Position numbers and translations under genes: made by a program. The notes below the pieces were generated by a model, which was given only the letters and a program-made list of their open reading frames with translations, ran no database searches and had not been told where the DNA came from. From Trichormus sp. ATA11-4-KO1 (lineage in GTDB: Bacteria > Cyanobacteriota > Cyanobacteriia > Cyanobacteriales > Nostocaceae), in the NCBI GenBank assembly GCA_019358915.1, contig JAHHIM010000009.1:64001-128000 (forward strand): DNA of 64,000 bases, read 5' to 3'. Each line of letters starts with the position of its first letter. The first letter of the stretch is position 1. This document shows positions 40,456 to 49,241 of the stretch, one piece after another.

Positions 40456-41037
40456 ATGATGATGCAGGCTGAAGCAAAGAAAATCTATACACCCGAAGAG
40501 TATCTCGATTTTGAGGTGAATTCAGATATTCGGCATGAGTATATCAATGGAGAAATCATCCCTATGACTGGCGGCACTCCCGAACATAATGAAATTGCCA
40601 GTATTCTCAATGCCGCCTTAAGAGTCAGTTTGAAAGGGAAACCGTACAGTATTTTTGTAGCGGATCAACGGCTTTGGATTCCCAATCGCACGCTTTATAC
40701 CTACCCGGATGTCATGGTTGTCCCCCGCCCACTTGAACGACAACAGGGACGAACTGATACAATTACTAACCCGGTGATGATCGCCGAAGTGCTTTCAAAA
40801 TCAACCAAAAGCTACGATAGAGATGAAAAATTTTCAGCGTATCGTACCATTCCAACATTTCAAGAGTATTTATTGATTGATCAATATACTGCTCATGTTG
40901 AGCAATACTCCAAAGCTGACTCCCATAGATGGATCTTTACTGAATATGACGATACAGAATCTTATATTTCACTCTCATCGATTCCCTTTGAAATTCGTTT
41001 AGCAGATATCTATGAAAATATTGAATTTGAGCCATAG
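40456..41037 (+). CDS. Uma2 family endonuclease-like protein
   Basis: HEYINGEIIPMTGG, YPDVMV, AEVLSKST, QEYLLIDQ. Confidence 0.92.
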   Translation: MMMQAEAKKIYTPEEYLDFEVNSDIRHEYINGEIIPMTGGTPEHNEIASILNAALRVSLKGKPYSIFVADQRLWIPNRTLYTYPDVMVVPRPLERQQGRTDTITNPVMIAEVLSKSTKSYDRDEKFSAYRTIPTFQEYLLIDQYTAHVEQYSKADSHRWIFTEYDDTESYISLSSIPFEIRLADIYENIEFEP

Positions 41038-41142
41038 TGGAAATTGCTAAACCACAAGTAGAACGGGCGATAGAGACTGATGAAGATAAGGCAACCACTT
41101 GGATAAATCAACAGCTTAAAGCATTAAATGTTGAAATAAGAG

Positions 41143-41403
41143 ATGAAAGAAATTCGCTTTAGCGATCATGCTCAATTAAAAATGGAGGTTTTAGCGAGTC
41201 ATGAAATAAGCGTCGATCCCAACTTTGTAATAGAGACAGTGCGATCGCCAGACAAGCTAGAAACTGGTGAAGTGGATAAACTGATTGCACAAAAGCGTTT
41301 AGACGAAAATTTAGTGCTTCGAGTCGTTTACCGAGAATTCAATGCTTTCATTTTGATCGTCACCCTTTATCCTGGCAGGAGGTCTAGATATGAAAAAGAT
41401 TAG
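41143..41403 (+). CDS. DUF4258-like RelE-fold toxin
   Basis: IRFSDHAQ...LRVVYRE...IVTLYP; overlaps a DUF2283-like gene. Confidence 0.75.
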   Translation: MKEIRFSDHAQLKMEVLASHEISVDPNFVIETVRSPDKLETGEVDKLIAQKRLDENLVLRVVYREFNAFILIVTLYPGRRSRYEKD

Positions 41404-41584
41404 CTACAGCAAAGATGTTGATGCTCTATTAATTGAACTTTCCAATGAGCCAATTGCCTATGCTGAAGATGAAGGACAAGTGATTTTGCATTATTCTCAA
41501 GATGCCAAGCTAGTTTTAGTTGAAATACTAGACTTTCGACGCTTGATGTCAAATGAAACTGTGACTGCATTGTTAGCCTCCTGA
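41390..41584 (+). CDS. DUF2283-like antitoxin
   Basis: KISYSKDVDALLIEL...LVLVEILD. Confidence 0.8.
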   Translation: MKKISYSKDVDALLIELSNEPIAYAEDEGQVILHYSQDAKLVLVEILDFRRLMSNETVTALLAS

Positions 41585-41686
41585 GAAAATTGCAAAAATA
41601 GGAGTAGAACAGGCGATAGAGACTGATGAAGCGACAGCCACAACTGGGATAAACCAACAACTAAAAGCCTTTGAGGTAGAAATGCC

Positions 41687-41983
41687 ATGAAGATTACTGC
41701 AATAGATTTGCCAATGGATCAGATTCGTGAGTTTTGTTACAAGTGGCAAGTTACCGAATTTGCCTTGTTCGGCTCCATTTTACGCGATGACTTTCGCCCC
41801 GAAAGCGATATTGATGTGCTGCTCACCTTTTCTGCAACTGCGAAACGGGGCTTAAGCGAAACTCTGCAAATGCGCGATCAATTGCAAGCTATTTTCAACC
41901 GCCCTGTAGATTTGATTGTAAAAACCGCGATCAAGCGCAGTGAAAACTGGCTCAGACGTAAAAATATTTTGAATCCGCACTAG
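41687..41983 (+). CDS. Minimal nucleotidyltransferase (MNT antitoxin), with a probable 1-nt frameshift at the extreme 3' end
   Basis: LFGSILRDDFRPESDIDVL; the expected tail ESALVIYAA* lies in another frame. Confidence 0.85.
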   Translation: MKITAIDLPMDQIREFCYKWQVTEFALFGSILRDDFRPESDIDVLLTFSATAKRGLSETLQMRDQLQAIFNRPVDLIVKTAIKRSENWLRRKNILNPH

Positions 41984-41989
41984 TCATCT

Positions 41990-42062
41990 ATGCCGCGTGA
42001 CCAAGAATCTCTGATCGACATCGCCAATGCCATCAGGCGCAGCTTACGCTATGCAGATGGGG
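41990..42062 (+). pseudogene. Truncated HEPN (DUF86) toxin
   Basis: MPRDQESLIDIANAIRRSLRYADG, then breaks into a CTTTGCGC repeat element ending CAGCAACGCCAAAA. Confidence 0.75.
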
Positions 42063-42221
42063 TTTTTTCTTTGTACCTTTGCGCCTTTGCGCCTTTGCGC
42101 GAGATAAATTCATATTTTCAATCAGCAACGCCAAAAATTGTTGGGTGGGATGTTTGCTTTAAGTTTTTCAGAAAATAATTGTATATCAAAGATTGAGTAA
42201 GAAATTGAGCCACTGGACTAC

Positions 42222-42467
42222 CTAAATTTCCACCAAAGAGCGAACACTTAAAATTTCATGATTTCGCAGTGGTTTAATATCAGATATGGGAACAATGACA
42301 ACAGCTATTGATTCACCAGTTGCATTGAATACTTCTAAAACACATCCTTGTTCACCATTACTAGGATGAGGAACAAAATCAATTAAAGTTGCTACATCAC
42401 CTTTTTTTAATTGATATTCATCTAAGTCACGATTTAAAGCGACACGCTGATATAGTTCAAAGTTCAT
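42222..42467 (-). CDS. DUF4926-like small protein
   Basis: FELYQRVALNRDL..LKKGDVATLID..GCVLEVFNATGESIAV; start overlaps the upstream gene. Confidence 0.75.
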   Translation of the reverse strand: MNFELYQRVALNRDLDEYQLKKGDVATLIDFVPHPSNGEQGCVLEVFNATGESIAVVIVPISDIKPLRNHEILSVRSLVEI

Positions 42468-42798
42468 TTGCAGACTCCTTGTTAGGTTTGAGGGTGATAA
42501 ACTGAAACTTACCGTCAACAGCCCTTTGCAGCCAAACTGTAATCACTGCTAGGTTTCGCTGGTTTACCCCGATTAATTCACCAGTAACGCGATAGAACAC
42601 CCCATATTCATTATCTCTATCTTGTATTGCTTCTGTTGAATCTGCCAGTTGCCGAATTGCTACTTTCAATAGTTCTGGGTTGTCTTGTGTAAATCCAGCT
42701 TGGGCGAGAAACTTTGATTGATCGTCTTGTTCTCTCGGTACTAATAAGTAGCGGGTGATTTTTTCGTCGGCAATAATTGCATCAGGGGGAATTTTCAT
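42457..42798 (-). CDS. DUF6883-like putative toxin paired with the DUF4926-like gene
   Basis: AIIADEKITRYLL..SKFLAQAGFT..VITVW..FITLKP. Confidence 0.7.
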   Translation of the reverse strand: MKIPPDAIIADEKITRYLLVPREQDDQSKFLAQAGFTQDNPELLKVAIRQLADSTEAIQDRDNEYGVFYRVTGELIGVNQRNLAVITVWLQRAVDGKFQFITLKPNKESANEL

Positions 42799-42844
42799 CT
42801 CTCATAACACCACAGCTTCCGGCAACACTTGATCTCTAATCAAC

Positions 42845-43480
42845 TTAAGTTAAGTCTCTTCTAATACGAGATAGTGCCTGTTGTAAACCTTCAGAGTGAA
42901 TCCAACCAACAAAACCGCCGTAAATCATTCTGTCATTGCGATCGCCTAAAAAAACATGGTCAACACCAACGGGGTTTTTCCATGTTCTCACTACAGTTCC
43001 ATCCCTCAGCCTCATGATGGGATGAGAACTTACAAAATCTCTGTGGTGTGCGCGAGTCATTCCAGGAACACTTTCTAAAATGGCGATCGCTTCATTTGCA
43101 TCATCTGTGGTACTAGAATTAACCACCGTTGCACAACCGCATCCGTCCGTTACAGTCGTCTTGAGCCTATCTTTCATGTCGCCGTCGAATAGCGATAAAG
43201 ACTCAATCTCTTCTAGCAATTTGCCATGTGGTTCAGTCTGTCGGCGCTGGCAGTAAATTTCTGTCAGAAAATCTTCTAAACTAACTTTAGCTAAAGCATC
43301 AGTAATCAAACCTGTCAGCCCCAAAACAGCAATTCCACCCAGCATCCCCGCAGGGCCACCCAGAAATGCTAAAGCTGCGGTAATAGCAGCAGCACCTGTA
43401 AAACCTGTAGTTGCCATTGTGATTACCAAAATTACCCCAGGCAGACCCAATGCAGCTACTTTTTTGACGACTTCATCCAT
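42845..43480 (-). CDS. Hypothetical protein with a glycine-zipper membrane segment
   Basis: MDEVVKKVAALGLPG...GGPAGMLGGIAVLG; ATG 43480 with AGGA upstream. Confidence 0.65.
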   Translation of the reverse strand: MDEVVKKVAALGLPGVILVITMATTGFTGAAAITAALAFLGGPAGMLGGIAVLGLTGLITDALAKVSLEDFLTEIYCQRRQTEPHGKLLEEIESLSLFDGDMKDRLKTTVTDGCGCATVVNSSTTDDANEAIAILESVPGMTRAHHRDFVSSHPIMRLRDGTVVRTWKNPVGVDHVFLGDRNDRMIYGGFVGWIHSEGLQQALSRIRRDLT

Positions 43481-43511
43481 TTCCTGCCACCTCAAGACAA
43501 GATTTACTCTG

Positions 43512-43640
43512 ATGGTAGGGGTCACGCCAGTAGGAATACCATGCACCCATACCCATAATCTCGAACAGTCCATTTTGAATCTTGATGTAAATCCGTGGAA
43601 TTAGACGCTGTTTTTGCTTTCGTGAAAGTTTCGTCAGTCA
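43512..43640 (-). pseudogene. N-terminal fragment of an inward-rectifier (KirBac-like) K+ channel gene
   Basis: KQKQRLIPRIYIKIQNGLFEIMGMGAWYSYWRDPYH, then abrupt loss of similarity; recognised from memory of the family. Confidence 0.5.
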
Positions 43641-43644
43641 AAGT

Positions 43645-43854
43645 TACATTTTGTGAATATTTCACTAAAAATTGCGTCGCTTGACCGCTACCACAACATA
43701 AATCTAAAACGTGAGTATCTGAGTTAATTATTAAACCTTGTAAAGGTAGTTGGCGAAAACGGACTTCACCGCTTACAGTCAAGGCTGCTAACCAGGCGAT
43801 CGCATCATATAGCCACTAATAACGGTAACTTCAATCTCTGAAAATTGTTGCCAT
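43645..43854 (-). pseudogene. Class I SAM methyltransferase remnant
   Basis: MATIFRD*SYRY*WLYDAI...VLDLCCGSGQATQFL; two in-frame stops and truncated. Confidence 0.8.
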
Positions 43855-43947
43855 TGCATCTTTCCTGACTATAAAGCTTTATATTTAATAAAGATATATT
43901 GTTAACATTAGTAAAAAACCTGAAAAGATTGGGGGAAAGTAACTGCT

Positions 43948-45114
43948 ATGGGTCGTGTAGGCGTCTTATTACTCAATCTCGGTGGGCCTGATAAGTTAGA
44001 GGATGTTGGGCCGTTTTTGTATAACCTATTTTCCGATCCGGAAATTATTCGCCTACCATTTCGCTGGTTGCAAAAACCCCTAGCCTGGTTTATTGCCTCA
44101 CGGCGAACCAGAACATCTCAAGAAAACTATAAGCAAATCGGCGGCGGTTCCCCTCTACGGCGGATAACAGAAGCTCAAGGGGAAGCACTGAAACAACAAT
44201 TGGGTGATCTGGGACAAGAAGCCAATATCTACGTGGGAATGCGTTATTGGCATCCTTATACCGAAGAGGCGATCGCTCAGATTAGTCAAGACAACATTGA
44301 GCGTTTGGTAATTCTACCACTGTACCCGCAATTCTCCATTAGTACGAGTGGTTCTAGCTTCCGGCTGTTAGAAAAACTTTGGCAAGAAAACCCAAAACTT
44401 CAGCCCATTGAATACACTGTTATTCCCTCCTGGTACAAACAACCAGGTTACCTCCAGGCAATGGCTGAACTGATAGCCCAAGAACTGGAACAATTTCCCA
44501 ATCCCGATGAGGTTCATATCTTTTTCAGCGCCCACGGCGTTCCCAAAAGCTATGTTGAAGAAGCAGGTGATCCCTACCAGCAAGAAATTGAGGAATGTAC
44601 TGCTTTAATTATGCAGACCCTCAATCGACCCAATCTCCATACCTTGGCTTACCAAAGCCGTGTGGGACCAGTAGAATGGCTCCAACCCTATACTGAAGAT
44701 GCGCTCAAAGAACTAGGCGGACAAGGTGTCAAAGATTTAGTCGTCGTGCCTATCAGTTTTGTCTCAGAACATATCGAGACACTACAAGAAATTGATATTG
44801 AGTATCGGGAAATAGCCGAAGAATCAGGAATTCACAACTTCCGTCGCGCACCTGCTCCCAACACTCACCCGGTATTTATTCAAGCACTGGCAGACCTCGT
44901 GATTGATGCGCTAAAAAAACCCAGTTTCCAGCTTTCGCAAGCTGCCCAAATGAAAAAAAGGGTGAAAATGTACCCCCAAGAGAATTGGGAATGGGGTATG
45001 ACTACTAGTGCCGAAGTTTGGAATGGTCGTATTGCTATGCTGGGCTTCATTGCCTTAATCATTGAGCTAGTTACTGGTCATGGTTTACTGCACATGATTG
45101 GCTTGTTGCATTAA
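43948..45114 (+). CDS. hemH: Ferrochelatase with C-terminal CAB domain
   Basis: [37 protein letters not shown]. Confidence 0.98.
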   Translation: MGRVGVLLLNLGGPDKLEDVGPFLYNLFSDPEIIRLPFRWLQKPLAWFIASRRTRTSQENYKQIGGGSPLRRITEAQGEALKQQLGDLGQEANIYVGMRYWHPYTEEAIAQISQDNIERLVILPLYPQFSISTSGSSFRLLEKLWQENPKLQPIEYTVIPSWYKQPGYLQAMAELIAQELEQFPNPDEVHIFFSAHGVPKSYVEEAGDPYQQEIEECTALIMQTLNRPNLHTLAYQSRVGPVEWLQPYTEDALKELGGQGVKDLVVVPISFVSEHIETLQEIDIEYREIAEESGIHNFRRAPAPNTHPVFIQALADLVIDALKKPSFQLSQAAQMKKRVKMYPQENWEWGMTTSAEVWNGRIAMLGFIALIIELVTGHGLLHMIGLLH

Positions 45115-45270
45115 ATCAAAAATAAAATAGACATCTCCGACAAAAAATGTAGAGACGTTCATGGAACGTCTTTACAAAGGAGATATAAATCAATTACCAA
45201 GCGTCACAGAACACCAAAATAGAGTCAAGCCTACTGTCAGCTACGCCAATGCCAAGGAGATGCGATCGCT

Positions 45271-45828
45271 ATGACTCAACTAAAACCTCAACTCACACTA
45301 CAAGAATTCCTCGCCCTACCATCCGGGGATATTACCTACGAATTAGTTGACGGCGAAGCAAAAGCAAAAATGGCACCAAAAAGATTCCATTCCAGATTAA
45401 CCCTTGCTATTAGTCAACTTCTCATACTATGGGCACAAAATCGTGGTGAGATTGGTATCGAATGGGCAGTTACTTTAAAACGCCAAGGTCGCGATTGGGT
45501 TCCCGTACCAGACTTACTTTATATTTCCTATTCTCGCCTTTCTAATGAAGTAATTGAGGATGAAGCTTGTCCCATACCTCCAGACTTAGCCATTGAAATT
45601 ATCTCACCCGACCAAACCTTTGGACAAATGAGCGCCAAAGCCACAGATTACCTCGATGCTGGTGTGATGAGAGTTTGGGTTGTGGATGCAAGAGCTAAAA
45701 CAGTCACGATTTTTTATCCTGATACCAGACCTCAAACAAAAACTGGTGTAGATAGTTTAGAAGATTCTCTATTTGAAGGGTTGCAAATTACACCACAACA
45801 AATTTTTCAACAAGCGGGAATTCCTTAG
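45271..45828 (+). CDS. Uma2 family endonuclease-like protein
   Basis: YELVDGEA, PVPDLLYIS, PDLAIEIISP, GVMRVWVVD. Confidence 0.92.
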   Translation: MTQLKPQLTLQEFLALPSGDITYELVDGEAKAKMAPKRFHSRLTLAISQLLILWAQNRGEIGIEWAVTLKRQGRDWVPVPDLLYISYSRLSNEVIEDEACPIPPDLAIEIISPDQTFGQMSAKATDYLDAGVMRVWVVDARAKTVTIFYPDTRPQTKTGVDSLEDSLFEGLQITPQQIFQQAGIP

Positions 45829-45936
45829 CGATCGCCTATTTCAAATTTCAGCAATAATTAAATTATTTAAAATCTAATATCCTATGGTTACGCTGCTGCT
45901 CAGACAGATTCGATTGCCTCTCACATTAAGAAATGT

Positions 45937-45967
45937 AAAAACCCTACTCGGTATTGAGTAGGGCTGT
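45937..45967 (-). terminator. Intrinsic terminator
   Basis: Minus strand CCCTACTC-AATACC-GAGTAGGG followed by TTTTT. Confidence 0.7.
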
Positions 45968-46004
45968 GTAAATATTTGTTTACTAAAATGAGCAGTTTTG
46001 ATTT

Positions 46005-46109
46005 CTAAAACACGTTCATGATGGCGATGATGCTGACACTGGTCAACATAATTAAAGCACCCATAACCATAGATACGCCCAACTGATTAGGAAGTTTTGA
46101 GTTATTCAT
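46005..46109 (-). CDS. Small single-TM protein, 34 aa, absent from the ORF track
   Basis: MNNSKLPNQLGVSMVMGALIMLTSVSIIAIMNVF; AAGGA upstream, terminator downstream. Confidence 0.6.
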   Translation of the reverse strand: MNNSKLPNQLGVSMVMGALIMLTSVSIIAIMNVF

Positions 46110-46411
46110 TTTTAGTAAAATCCTTTTTTTGATGATTCTATTAACGTTATCAGTAACAGCATAAATATCTATAAAAGTACTATAAAACTTAAGAGATTGT
46201 AAATTTTCTTAGTAAAAACCGTAGTATTTACTTAAAAATTCGGTCATGTATATGTCTGAATTAGCAAAACTGACTTGAGCCTTTGTGTAATTACGGTTGA
46301 CAAGTATCTAATGTATCTTTAAACCCAATTGTGTAGAGGCGTAAAGCCAAATAATCAGTTCTCAGAGGTTATTAGTATGTTAGACAAAGAACAACTGACA
46401 TCTGAGTAAAT

Positions 46412-47665
46412 ATGATTAAAATCCTCCATCTATCAGATATCCACATGGGAAGCGGTTTCTCCCACGGACGAATTAACCCAGCCACAGGATTGAATACACG
46501 ATTGGAAGATTTTGTCAATACATTATCTAAGTGTATTGACCGAGCGTTAGCAGATGCAGTGGATTTAGTGATATTTGGTGGTGATGCCTTCCCAGATGCT
46601 ACACCGCCGCCATATGTGCAAGAAGCCTTTGCAGGTCAATTTCGCCGTCTTGTAGATGCAGATATTCCCACAGTGCTGTTGGTAGGTAACCATGACCAAC
46701 ATTCTCAAGGAATGGGAGGAGCGAGTTTAAATATTTATCGCACCTTGGGCGTGCGGGGGTTTGTTGTGGGTGATACGTTAATTACTCACCATATCCAAAC
46801 CCGTAATGGTAAAGTGCAAGTTATTACCCTGCCTTGGCTCACCCGTTCGACGCTGATGACTCGCCAAGAAACTGAAAGCTTATCTTTAGCGGAAGTCAAT
46901 CAGTTATTAACAGAACGCCTGCAAGTTGTTTTAGAAGGAGAAATTCGCCGTCTTGACCCTGATGTACCCACTATACTTTTAGCACATTTGATGGCTGACA
47001 ATGCAACCTTAGGAGCCGAGCGTTTTTTGGCAGTGGGTAAAGGCTTCACTCTACCTTTATCTTTGCTGACGCGACCTTGTTTTGATTATGTAGCATTGGG
47101 ACACATTCATCGCCATCAAAATTTGAATAAATCTAATAACCCGCCAGTGATTTATCCAGGAAGCATTGAGCGGGTAGATTTTAGCGAAGAAAAAGAAGAC
47201 AAAGGCTATGTGATGATAGAACTGGAGCGAGGAAGCGCCAATTGGGAATTTTGTCCCTTACCAGTTCGGACATTCCGCACAATAGAAGTGGATGTCTCCA
47301 AAGCAGATGATCCGCAGGTTGCATTAATGAAAGCGATCGCTAAACATGATCTTCAAGATGCTGTGGTACGACTAATTTACAAACTGCGATCGGAACAGAT
47401 AGATATGATTGATAGCGCTGCTATCCATCAGGCCTTAAGTCCGGCTCATAACTACACCATTCAAGCCGAATTAGTCAGTCAGTTAGCTAGACCAAGGATT
47501 CCCGAATTGAGTGCTAGTAGTAGTATCGACCCTAGGTCAGCTTTGCAAACTTACTTAAATAATCGCGAAGACTTGAAAGACATAGCTGCATCAATGTTAG
47601 AAGCAGCAGAAAAGTTATTAACAGATGATGTAGAAATTTGGCTAGAAGGAGCCGCTTCTGATTAA
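46412..47665 (+). CDS. sbcD: Exonuclease SbcCD subunit D
   Basis: LSDIHMG, GGDAF, GNHD, ALGHIH, YPGSIERVDFSE. Confidence 0.95.
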   Translation: MIKILHLSDIHMGSGFSHGRINPATGLNTRLEDFVNTLSKCIDRALADAVDLVIFGGDAFPDATPPPYVQEAFAGQFRRLVDADIPTVLLVGNHDQHSQGMGGASLNIYRTLGVRGFVVGDTLITHHIQTRNGKVQVITLPWLTRSTLMTRQETESLSLAEVNQLLTERLQVVLEGEIRRLDPDVPTILLAHLMADNATLGAERFLAVGKGFTLPLSLLTRPCFDYVALGHIHRHQNLNKSNNPPVIYPGSIERVDFSEEKEDKGYVMIELERGSANWEFCPLPVRTFRTIEVDVSKADDPQVALMKAIAKHDLQDAVVRLIYKLRSEQIDMIDSAAIHQALSPAHNYTIQAELVSQLARPRIPELSASSSIDPRSALQTYLNNREDLKDIAASMLEAAEKLLTDDVEIWLEGAASD

Positions 47666-47728
47666 ATTAAAGGTTTGTAGTGAGGGCTTTAGCCCTCAAG
47701 ATAAAACCAAGGGTGTGCAATTAATTAT

Positions 47729-48781
47729 TTAATCAAACCCCTTCACCCCCGGAATATCCAGGACAAAATCTGCCCCATAAACAGCAGCCGGAGTTTGAAA
47801 TCCCACCTTAGTTTCACCTTGAATGATGCGTTGCATCACCGCCACAGCTGATAAGGCAGTAAAATCATAAGCCTCTGGCCCAGAAAGCCTAGCTGTGACT
47901 GTTTGACCAGACGCATCTTCCGCAAAACCAATTACTCTCACCTGACCTTTCGCGCGTTCCTCCGGACTTGGCCCAGTGGGTAAAGTTTTAATCAGACGAG
48001 CTAAAGCACTTTGGAATAGTGCTGATTTAAACAACCATCCCACATACTGGCTAATTTCCATCAGGAAGCGTACAGGGGCGGGAAACACCGTATAAACCTC
48101 AATGTTGGGGATACCAGTACTATGGAACGCGGTGACAAGATCCGCTCGCCAAGGGTTAGTGACTGCTGTGACTGCACCAGCACCTAAATCTATTTTGCGC
48201 CGTTTCCCGGCTGGTCGAGCCGGGATCAGCTGACCTGCTTCTCTGACTACACCCATCTGATGTAGGCTAGGCAATACAGTGTTTGCAGTTCCTTGAGATA
48301 CACCCCCCACCGTTTCATAGATTAATATCAGTCGCTGGGCAGTCGGTAACTGATTTTTGAGGTAAACAGCTACGCAATCAGTAGGAACAACACCAAACCC
48401 CACACCAGGAAGCAACATAATCCCGGCATTTTTAGCTTCCAAGTCTCGCGCCTCTAAAGTTGCAAACTCTGGGACTTCCCCAGCTATATCTAGATAGTGG
48501 GTTTGAGTTTGTAGACAAGCATCTACAAGTGGCTTTGAGGTTTTGGAGAAAAGCCCGGCGCAATTTAGTACAACCGTCACATCTGCAAGAGAGCGAGCGA
48601 TCGCCTGCTGATCATCCAAGCCAAAAACCCGAAAATCCAAATTTAATTCTTTAGCTACTGCTGCTAGTGAATTCTGACTGCGTCCAGCCAAAATTAATTC
48701 AATTCCCTGACTTTTAGCGAATTCAGCAATCAGTTTCCCTGCATAGCCAGTTGCACCATACAATAACATCTTTGATGTCAT
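47729..48781 (-). CDS. Saccharopine dehydrogenase-like / trans-acting enoyl reductase family protein
   Basis: YGATGYAG, VLNCAG, HYLDIAGE, GVGFGVVPTD. Confidence 0.85.
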   Translation of the reverse strand: MTSKMLLYGATGYAGKLIAEFAKSQGIELILAGRSQNSLAAVAKELNLDFRVFGLDDQQAIARSLADVTVVLNCAGLFSKTSKPLVDACLQTQTHYLDIAGEVPEFATLEARDLEAKNAGIMLLPGVGFGVVPTDCVAVYLKNQLPTAQRLILIYETVGGVSQGTANTVLPSLHQMGVVREAGQLIPARPAGKRRKIDLGAGAVTAVTNPWRADLVTAFHSTGIPNIEVYTVFPAPVRFLMEISQYVGWLFKSALFQSALARLIKTLPTGPSPEERAKGQVRVIGFAEDASGQTVTARLSGPEAYDFTALSAVAVMQRIIQGETKVGFQTPAAVYGADFVLDIPGVKGFD

Positions 48782-48795
48782 TATTTATCACCAAA

Positions 48796-49104
48796 TTAAG
48801 TATTATTCGCAGTCTGCTGCCATAATTTCACTTCTGGAGGTTCAACTAAAAATTCCTCTGATTTTGCCCCCAACGCCTTGATGTAAGGCTGTTCCATATG
48901 CTGTGCCAAAATTTCTTGGCTCACCCAATTTTCGTGCAGCAGAAACCAAGAGGCATCTTCCAATGATTGATGTAAGTCATAATTAATACATCCCTCTTCC
49001 GCCCTTGTGAGATCAATAACAGGCTGGAATTCCTGCTTAAACTTTTCCTCCAATCCTGGCTTAACTTTCAAACTAGCGGTAACAGTGACTTGCTGATTTG
49101 ACAT
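48796..49104 (-). CDS. ABM-fold (putative quinol) monooxygenase
   Basis: TRAEEGCINYDLHQ..FLLHENW...HM. Confidence 0.9.
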   Translation of the reverse strand: MSNQQVTVTASLKVKPGLEEKFKQEFQPVIDLTRAEEGCINYDLHQSLEDASWFLLHENWVSQEILAQHMEQPYIKALGAKSEEFLVEPPEVKLWQQTANNT

Positions 49105-49241
49105 TTTTTTCCTCTCTTTTTGGTAGTTTCTCAGTGCTTTTATAAGTGCTGAGTGCGCTTGCCCTGAGCGAAGCCGAAGGGGAGTGCTGAGTGAAAATAC
49201 TACTTCCTATTCACCAGTTTCCAGTCCCCAGTTCATGACGG

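Larger units (their letters stand above)
39393..41690 (+). repeat. Five dispersed direct repeats of the hsdS 3' coding end (39393-39512, 39776-39844, 40346-40459, 41038-41142, 41585-41690)
   Basis: Shared GAAATTGCTAAA..GTAGAAC.GGC.AT.GAGACTGATGAAG..AC.ACTTGGAT.AA.CA.CA.CT core; copy 2 is partial. Confidence 0.95.

Noticed and set aside
39393..41690. Repeats as a CRISPR array or classical attC sites
   Set aside because: The repeats are about 100 bp, protein-coding and non-palindromic, the spacers are whole genes, and no cas or intI gene is in the window.
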